Shown: positions 55,505 through 64,000 of the stretch, one piece after another | Layout: every line of letters starts with the position of its first letter | Numbering within the stretch: position 1 is the first letter of the stretch | NCBI GenBank assembly: GCA_047967505.1 | Contig: CM106538.1 | Reading direction: 5' to 3' (one strand) | Source of the DNA: Dipteris shenzhenensis | Taxonomy: Eukaryota | DNA: 64,000 nt | Program-made: the position numbers and the translations under genes | Notes under the pieces: model-generated | Seen by the model: the letters and a program-made list of their open reading frames with translations, nothing else | What the model was told of the DNA's origin: nothing | Database searches by the model: none

Positions 55505-55710
55505 CTGTAATTCCCTTGGCACACAAATTAGGAAGCCCAAAATTTAAAAGAAAAATCCAAAACTGGAAAAAAGAAAAGCATTAAAAAAAAAAAGGAAGCC
55601 CTACATGTAGGGTGTACTACATGTGGGGCATACCACATGTGGGGAATCCCCCAACATGTAGTGCATGCAACATGTGGGTGATATATATTTTTGTTTATAA
55701 TAAACTCGTA

Positions 55711-56035
55711 CCCTTCTATCCTCCTTCTACTCTTCTCATCCTCCTCTCTACCTCCTTCTACCTTGCTCCTCGCTACCTCCTCCTTCTATCCTTCTCTTGC
55801 TCTCCACCACCTCTTCCTACCCTTCTATCCTCCTTCTACTCTTCTCATCCTCCTCTCTACCTCCTTCTACCCTGCTCCTCGCTACCTCCTCCTTCTATCC
55901 TTCTCTTGCTCTCCACCACCTCTTCCTACCCTTCTCCTCCTCTCATCCTCTCCTCCTTCTATCCTTCTTCTCTTGCTCTCCACCACCTCTTCGACCTACC
56001 CTTATCCTCCTGTGCTCCTCTGATCTACTGCCTCC
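55711..56035. repeat. CT-rich tandem repeat, ~110-bp unit, flanked by ACATGT-rich inverted arrays
   Basis: cccttctatcctccttctactcttctcatc..ccaccacctcttccta repeated; flanks at ~55600-55678 and ~56062-56122. Confidence 0.8.
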
Positions 56036-59000
56036 TTCTAAACAAAAGCAAACAAGAAGATAACATGTGGCACATGCCACATGTGCGGAGATTTTCCCAC
56101 ATGTAGCACAAGCCACATGTGGGTGATTAGTATTTTGAAAAAAAAAAACCCTTCTCTCATCGTTAGAGATAGTAATTAAAAAAATCCTTCCCCTCCCATC
56201 GTTAAAGAGATATTATACAATAATAACAACATTATTATTTAGTAGCTTTATTAAATGTTATATTATTATTATGTAGTAGTTTTTAAATAAAATGAATATT
56301 TTTAATAATATTATTAGTAAATACTATCATGAAAAATAATATTATAATAATGATTATTATCATTATAAAAAAATAAAAATATCATATCATTTTAGCATGG
56401 GCCATTATTTATATTAATATATCCTAAAATAGTGTTTATTGATATTAACATATTTTACAATATTGTTTAGAGAGATTCATATCATATTTTTGTTATCAAA
56501 AATTTATTGACATTATTATATAGTAGTTTTATAATATAATATTATTTTCATTGCATTGTGCAACATGTGTCTTAGCTAATGCTTTCCAAAAATTTAGAAA
56601 CTTGCATTGGCCAAGACATTTGCAATGGAAAAGAACAATGACCTAGAGAAATGCATTGATCATGGTTGGTATATGATGCCAAAGCCAAAATGGTTATCAC
56701 TTCATTGAAATTGCCAAGTTCCAAATTTAACATTCATGTAGTTGGAAATGCTGATGTAATATTGGGCTTATCTGTGTCAACTAGAGATGGGTTTATGATA
56801 GTCTTATGTGAGAATAACATGAAAAATCAATGTGGACTGAATTTGTGGACAAGTGACAATGAGTACCTCTTGTAGGTATTTTCAGATATAGTATCCATAT
56901 CTACGTCATGCCTTACATTCTTTGAAGCCTATATCGGATGAATTGCTGGATATCAAGGGTAATGGTACACTTGAAGCATCTATTCAAGGTTTTGTAGAAC
57001 ATTTTGTAGCTCTTGATGTACAAGTGCAAATTGTAGTGGGGCAAGGAAAGAAAAATATGTCATCCAACTCATATGCTTGTTTGAAAGCTATAGCTCTACC
57101 TAGAAGAGGAGAAAAAAGGCCTTCACCTCAACAAATAGATCAAAGTGTAGCCTAATTACAAGAAGATGAACACTTGGAGATTGATGATGATAATTAACAT
57201 GAAGAAGTTGTAGAAGCCATATAGTATAGAATCGCTTATTATAGATATTTTTATAACCACAAACTACCTATGGGAGCCTCGCAAGATTTTATGCTAATGG
57301 TCCATATCAATCGAGCCTCTTGGTTACCAATCATAAATCTTGATGAGTACTTTGCATGGATGTTATTTTGTGTTGAGAATGCATATTGATCGAACCTCTT
57401 TGTTTACCAATCAAGGAAATCTTGATGTACTAGTACTTTACACAAAATTTACACGAGGATGAAAGGTAGACAAGAAACACAAGCTCCCAATAGCATGACT
57501 CCAAATTTGATATCATTCAAGAGGCTTCAAAGTGATGATCTAGTGTTGCTAAAGCAACTTTTTGAAAGTATGAAGAATTATTTGGAGCATTTGATGAGTT
57601 TAGATGGACTAACATATTGTTGAAGTGGCACTATACGAGAGCCAATACAAGGATGATGATGAAGAAAAGTAAACACTATCTCAAAATAGGCTCCTTGAAA
57701 GATGCAGATTCAAGCCCATTAATGGGTAGCTTTTTTAAGAAGCATGCAGAATTGCATGCAATACAGCTAGAAAAGGAAGCTTGCTATTTGAGGAGTACAC
57801 CAAGAAGGCCGCAAGAGTCATAGCGTATATATTTGTCTATTTTAAAGGTGACTGAAAATACATACTGAAATTTGCAAGGCTGAATAATGAACCATTTGAA
57901 AAGTAGAAGAACTCAACTCTTTCCTTGCTTTCTACATAGAATTTAGTTTGTCATAAAATCAAGGGATTTATGGGTCAGGTGTGGGAAGCCACAACTTTCA
58001 AAAATCAAGGATTCCACCATAGAGTCCTTCAAAAGGAAGACTCAATTTTATAGATGTTTGATAGGCGTTGTGAATCATGTTTAGCCAAGCTTGGAGATTT
58101 AAAAAGTGTCATTATCAAATAAGAGATTACACATACATTGTCTTTCATGATGAACAAATCTTCCAATGCTTTGTGGATGTATGCATTGCATATGAGTCTG
58201 GTCAGATATCATTTGAGCCACTTGAATACAAGGTAGGTAAGGGGAAAAAAAGCACAAGGAAAATGTATATATTTGGTGGAGGTGGTTGAGATACTATAAT
58301 GATAAGATAGTAAGGTTGTCTACCAAAAGTTATGAATGATGAATGCTCCTTTGGGGAGAAGAGCACCTAGGGAAGCCTTGAAGAAATGGTCAACCAAGTA
58401 GTGAAGGATGAAGATATAGGGCATTAATGTTTTTACTACATTTACATGAAGTGGACATAGAATATAAAATGGACAAGAAAAAAGCACACAGGCTAGGAAA
58501 AATAGTTGAGAAGATTTGGGCATGAAGTTTATGACATCTTGGGACACATCAACAATGGGTATATGAGTGAACATCCCTGTCTGCATGGAGTTGATGTATG
58601 TAGAGGTAAAGTCGACTGCCCTAAAAAGCACAATGCAACCTGAAGCCTGCCACTACAATTTCAAGTTCTCCTATGATATTGGTTTATAAGAGGATGCTTT
58701 AAATGTTCTTTTTAAATGAACTACAAAAATAGTAGGGTCACTTTGGTGCACACTTTGTAATTATCCCTGCTAACTTTTTTGTAATTATTGCATTCGATTT
58801 AATGTTTGCTTTCCTTGTTATGCTAGTCTCTCATGGTTGATTGTAGCACTGTGTAGCCAACAATAATGAGATGCATATGCATCTATGCATAACATTAATA
58901 ACCTCTTTGACAATTTAGAGGGGAGAGAGCTTGATTGCTCTATAGCAAATGAGGTATTAAGTATTCCATGCTTTGCTTGCTTAAATGCAATGATGTGATA

Positions 59001-60180
59001 GGGAAGTTACTTAATTTATTAATGATTGGTTTGCAATAGCAAATGATATAAGTCTCCCATTCTTGCTTCTTAAAATAGTTTCTTTCCATTGTAATAATGT
59101 CACTTTGCTTCAAAATGTTCCAATCACATGTTATATGTACCCTACACTACTGAGTAAGTGAAGAGAGGGTGGAGAGGATAGGGGCTCCTCTTAGAGGATG
59201 AGGATGAGAGTGAGGGTGAGGATAAAGATAGCCACAAAGGAAGGGAGAACAAGGGCTAATCCTTGTATTATGATGGAATGCATTTTTACATTTTTGTATC
59301 TTCATGTTAGGACAAGAGTATTGTGTTGTATTTCCCTTCAAGGGGCTTTTGTAATATATATCGCCTTATGATTTATTGCAAAAGTATGGATTTGTAATCA
59401 CATTTGAAATATGTTAGCAATACATCACTTTCTCTCTCATCCTTTTATGTATAACATCTCGCTACGCCTGACTGCATGTCCATTGTCAACTTAAAGGGGG
59501 GTAGAATGGACCTAAAGTGGCTCCATTAGGCACCACAAATTCTTTTTATAACCATGTCTTGTTAGTGTATGCACATACTTCTTCATATACTAGCTCCTTA
59601 ATGTTATATGCTTTTATTAATATTTTGATACCTCCCCCATATAAGCATGTGGTTATAAAATGTATGTATACATACATAGGTACATACATACAATATATAC
59701 ATCGTCATTAGTTCAAACTTGCTTTCTTGTAATTAGGGAAGGAGAAGGAGCATGCCACCTCATTAAATACAGATGCATATCTAAATAAAAGTTTATGTAT
59801 TGGAGTGCAAGCTATTTACACGCATTGGACTTTCTCCAAGGAGATACATGAACCAAACACCATTACCCCTATTCGTGAAAATGCAGATACGTCATCACTA
59901 TTACAGTTCATTTTCAAACACCACCTTATTAAATACATAAATGAAAAGCTTATGTAGTGGACTGCAAGACATTTAGTACACGCATTGAACTTGGGAGGAG
60001 ATACATGAAGCAATCGTTACCCTATTCGTGAAAATGAAGATATCAACTAGATCCAGGCAGGTAGATGTATTGAGCTAGAATATATATAAATGAATTTAGT
60101 GCTATTTTGTAAAAATTTTTAAATAATATTTTCCATCTTCACTTGATTGTTAAAGTGAATTTAGAACTTAGATTTAACCG

Positions 60181-61150
60181 TCACGCAGCTTCTAGAATCC
60201 TGTGCATCTCATTGCAGGCTGAAGCCAAGAAAATGATCCTATGAACTATTACTACATCTACAAGTGAAGCCAATAAAAGAACTACTCTGGAACTTTAGCT
60301 ATTGCTCGTCTATATGGTGTACGAAAGGAAACGCCATTAATTACATACACATAAAACACTTTGGCTCTATGGAAAACAGTTAAAGGGTTGACACGAGCAG
60401 TCACATGGGCTAGAATGGGCCATTTACAGGCACACAAATGGTGGGCAGTGGCCAGTCTATAGCATCATTTCACAGGTCAATGGGAGTAAAAAGGGCTGCC
60501 AAACTAGTTGAAAAAAGTTAAGCGCTCGTTGGCAGCAGTACATTGATAAGGTACTTAGATTAGATGATAGTGGACTCAAGTTATGTAAAACTTGGCAGTA
60601 AAGGTCGTATCCATATACTCCATTCACTCAAGATATGTAAAACTTGACACTAAAGCTCGTATCCCTATAGTCCATTCACTCATCATGCATGGGATGAGTA
60701 TATACACTAGGGATGCACTGATAATGGCATTCCACGAACCCATGTTTTGGGGTAGTATTTCTACAAACACTACCCTTACATCGTCTAAGGGTGCTATCAC
60801 ACTTTTCATACACTACAGCTCATATCCCTATAGTCCATTCATTCATCATGCATGAGAGGAGTATATGCACTAGGGATGCATTGACAATGGCATTTCAAGA
60901 AACCTCATTTTGATGTAGTATTTCTACAAACACCGCCCTTGCATCATCTAAGGCTCCCACACTTGTCATACACATTAATAAGGGCATTTCTCATAGTAAT
61001 ATCTGACTCAACAATAGAGGCTTGAATCATTGGAATTTGTTCTAGGGTTGCTACACTCACAGATGCATCCACATCACAAATGAAGATGATCTTGTATAGT
61101 TATTGGCAATGGATGGGAGTTTGTGGTTGTTGCAAGGAATGCCGAAGAAA
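60181..61150. repeat. ~970-bp direct repeat; second copy at 62318-63303
   Basis: Highly similar copies from tcacgca.cttctagaatc to gcaaggaatgcc.aagaaa. Confidence 0.92.
60700..61093 (-). pseudogene. PLS-class PPR gene fragment (copy 1)
   Basis: IIFICDVDASVSVATLEQ..IQASIVESDITMRNALINVYDKCGSL/DDARAVFVEILHQNEVS*NAIV, then a second DDVRVVF..GSWNAIISA motif. Confidence 0.75.
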
Positions 61151-61721
61151 GTAAGTTTGTTGAGTTACTACAGAATCTTTGTTGGCGATTACAACATATT
61201 AGTGGATTATCCAACATCCATCTCCTTTGTAGTATACCTATTGCTAAAGATATAATACCTTTAGAAACGTTTAGGGATATATCGAATATAGAAAGCATTT
61301 GCATTTTAAATATGTTCGCACCTAATACATTCTGTAAATAGTCTGGATGATAGGGAACCGAGTACAACTTTCTAAATGGACTATCTATGCATGCTTTACA
61401 AGCCATTTTTTATCTATGTCCTAGGCCATTTTCTACATGCAAACTCATGAACGTATTGGATAAGTCATATGGTGTTATACTTGATTCTAGTAGTAATATT
61501 ACTGATTTTAACTTTGTAAAAGAACCTATGTTAAATTCTATTCTACCACAATATACACAATATTGCATCTTCGAAATATATTGAGAAGTGATTTGGTTCC
61601 ATTCTTTTAGAAATTTATTGATGAACAGCCATGAGGAGAAACTCGGTTGTAATTGTCTTTTCTTGTTTTCTATGCTAATGTAGGAAGCACGTTCTCTCCT
61701 TTGAATAAGAGACGTTTTCAT
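61151..61721 (-). pseudogene. Cys-rich ORF fragment, possibly the N-terminus of a Helitron-like Rep protein
   Basis: ATG at 61721; CVYCG..CKAC..PYHPDYLQNVLGANIFKMQMLSIFDISL..LDNPLI with one in-frame stop; family call from memory only. Confidence 0.3.
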
Positions 61722-62849
61722 ATTTGTAAATTAAATTATATGTTGAAGTAGAAGCACCTACTTTATTTTCCCGTTGTGGATGAGAGCATTCAAAATGACT
61801 TGAAATTCACCAATTCGAATAATCTGCAAACAAAATATCAAGGTTTTTAACACTTTATTATTTTTAGTCAAAATTTATAACGTCTGTAGTTTATGTTGAT
61901 ACCAATTTGAATAAAGCATATAGGAATTTGAATGTAGCATATAGCATTTCAAATATAGAACATGGTAAATAGATCTTTGTTTTTGCACATAGAAGTTTGT
62001 GTTTAGCATATATTTTTTTGCATATATTTCTATGCACAGATTGGAGCTCTCCCACTATGCAGTCTGAAACCGATGGAGGACTGGTGCTAGCGAAGGAAGG
62101 TGAGCTGGCTAAATGGTGCAGACAAGACTAATTCCTGAACGTTCCATCATCGAATCTCTTCACCCAAGAAAGTGATAGTGATTCTAACTCAAAGGACGGG
62201 GAACTTGAGACAAACATTAATTGTAGCGGACATACAAATATGAACAATCGTAGTAATCATCACGCTGCCTCTTGAATACTCTGAATCTTCACACTACCTT
62301 TCGAATACTCTGAACCATCACGCAACTTCTAGAATCATGTGCATCTCATTACAAGCTGAAGCCAAGAAAATGATCCTATGAACTATTACTACATGTACAA
62401 GTGAAGCCAATAAAAGAACTACTCTGGAACTTCTGCTGTTGCTCAACTATATGGTGTACGAAAAGAAATGCCATTAATTACTTACACATAAAACACTTTG
62501 GCTCTATGGAAAACAGTTAACGGGTTGACACACGGGCAGTCACATGGGCTAGAATGGGCCATTTATAGGCACACAAATGGTGGGCAGTGGCCAATCTATA
62601 GCATCATTTCACAGGTCAATGGGAGTAAAAAGGGTTGCCAGACTAGTTGAGAAAAGTTAAGCACTCCTTGGCAGAATTACATTGATAAGGTACTTAGATT
62701 AGATGATAGTGGACTCAAGTTATGTAAAACTTAGCACTAAAGATCGTATCCATATACTCCATTCACTCAAGATATGTAAAACTTGATACTAAAGCTCGTA
62801 TCCCTATAGTCCATTCACTCATCATGCATGAGAGGGGTATATACACTAG

Positions 62850-63247
62850 GGATGCACTGATAATGGCATTTCATGAACCCACGTTTTGATGTAGTATTTC
62901 TACAAACACTACCGTTACATCGTCTAAGCCTATCACACTTTTCATACACTACAGCTCATATCCCTATAGTCCATTCACTCATCATGAATGCATGAGAGGA
63001 GTATATGCACTAGGGATGCATTCATAATGGCATTTCAAGAAACCTCATTTTGATGTAGTATTTCTACAAACACTACCCTTGCATCGTCTAAGGCTCCCAC
63101 ACTTGTCATACACATTAATAAGGGCATTTCTCACAGTAATATCTGACTCAACAATCTGACTCAACAGTAGAGGCTTGAATCATTGGAATTTATTCTAGGG
63201 TTGCTACACTCAAAGATGCATCCACATCAGAAACGAAGATGATCTTG
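62850..63247 (-). pseudogene. PLS-class PPR gene fragment (copy 2)
   Basis: Duplicate of 60700-61093 inside the second direct repeat. Confidence 0.72.
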
Positions 63248-64000
63248 TATAGCTATTGGCAATCGATGGGAGTTTGTTGTTGTTGCAAGGAATGCCCAAG
63301 AAATTGCTAAATCTAAAGGATTAATTGGTCCAAGTTTTGAAGCATGTTGAACTCCCTACTTGTCCCACAAAAATTGTAAAAATACTCCATCTGATCTCTA
63401 ATGCAATAATAATTTGGAGGAGGCCAAGGCTTACTCTTGCATGGGCTAAGAGTCCCCCTGTCCATAATTACTATTCGGGATGAGCATCTTTGCAAAGAAG
63501 CAACCAAATGTTTGGTACATTGAGGTGGGCTTAAATTTTCAAGGTGGAATAAATGATAGGGAAAGGGATTTTACCTCTTGTCTATGGTTGCTAGGCTCCG
63601 CCTTTGGACACTACAACCATGCAACAAGCATCCAACTAGGTTTATCCTCATTATCATATTGGCAAATTCTATTCTTTGTGTGTTCCTCTTCATTGCTTTC
63701 TTTGGAGGAAGGAGCAGTTGGCTTCTTCAGAGGAAGAAATTCCTCAAGATCAGCCGTGTCACTTGTGCTCTGTAACTTAAATGATTGTTTAAGTTGCAAC
63801 TCACTTGAACTTGAGGCCTCCTTTGGGATGATAGCCACATTCATCCAACTGCTATTTGGACAACACATCAATAGCTAACATAGAGGAGAAACAAAGATAG
63901 AGACAAACAACTGCTCTTTGGACACCTCAATAGTTGAGATAGAGGAGAGACAAAGACACAGATATAGACAAAGACAGTAGCGGTGTCTCCATCCCCTCCA

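Noticed and set aside
55612-56106. Pro/Ser/Leu-rich ORFs in three frames
   Set aside because: Artefact of a stop-poor CT repeat
60181-63303. Direct repeats as LTRs
   Set aside because: No TG..CA ends, PBS or PPT
63313-63871. SUPERMAN-like C2H2 gene (WPPPNYYC..FC..REF)
   Set aside because: No QALGGH or His ligands; spacing wrong and frame broken

Overview
Repeat-dominated eukaryotic window, most likely from a seed-free land plant such as a fern (inferred from PLS-type PPR fragments, TTTAGGG-like repeats, Met-tRNA-primed copia elements and abundant (CA)n). Only one convincing host gene is present: a spliced myeloid-leukemia-factor (MLF)-like gene on the minus strand (~24.6-26.1 kb). The rest is nested mobile DNA: three pieces of one short-LTR Ty1/copia family, a second copia family, non-autonomous LTR elements (one intact, with TSD), L1 LINE fragments, a CACTA TNP1-like exon, a GGG-terminated DNA transposon (two right ends), a decayed protein kinase and duplicated PPR fragments. 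The most interesting signal is a possible (CA)n-anchored retroelement system. It comprises a decayed Penelope-like (Naiad/Chlamys-type) RT element with no recognisable endonuclease, ending in a structured 3' motif plus GGTA(CA)n; a diverged short copy of that end showing compensatory base changes; and a head-to-tail train of non-coding, strand-skewed units that each end in a conserved hairpin module and (CA)n. All protein-family calls come from motif recognition by eye, not database searches, and boundaries of decayed elements are approximate.
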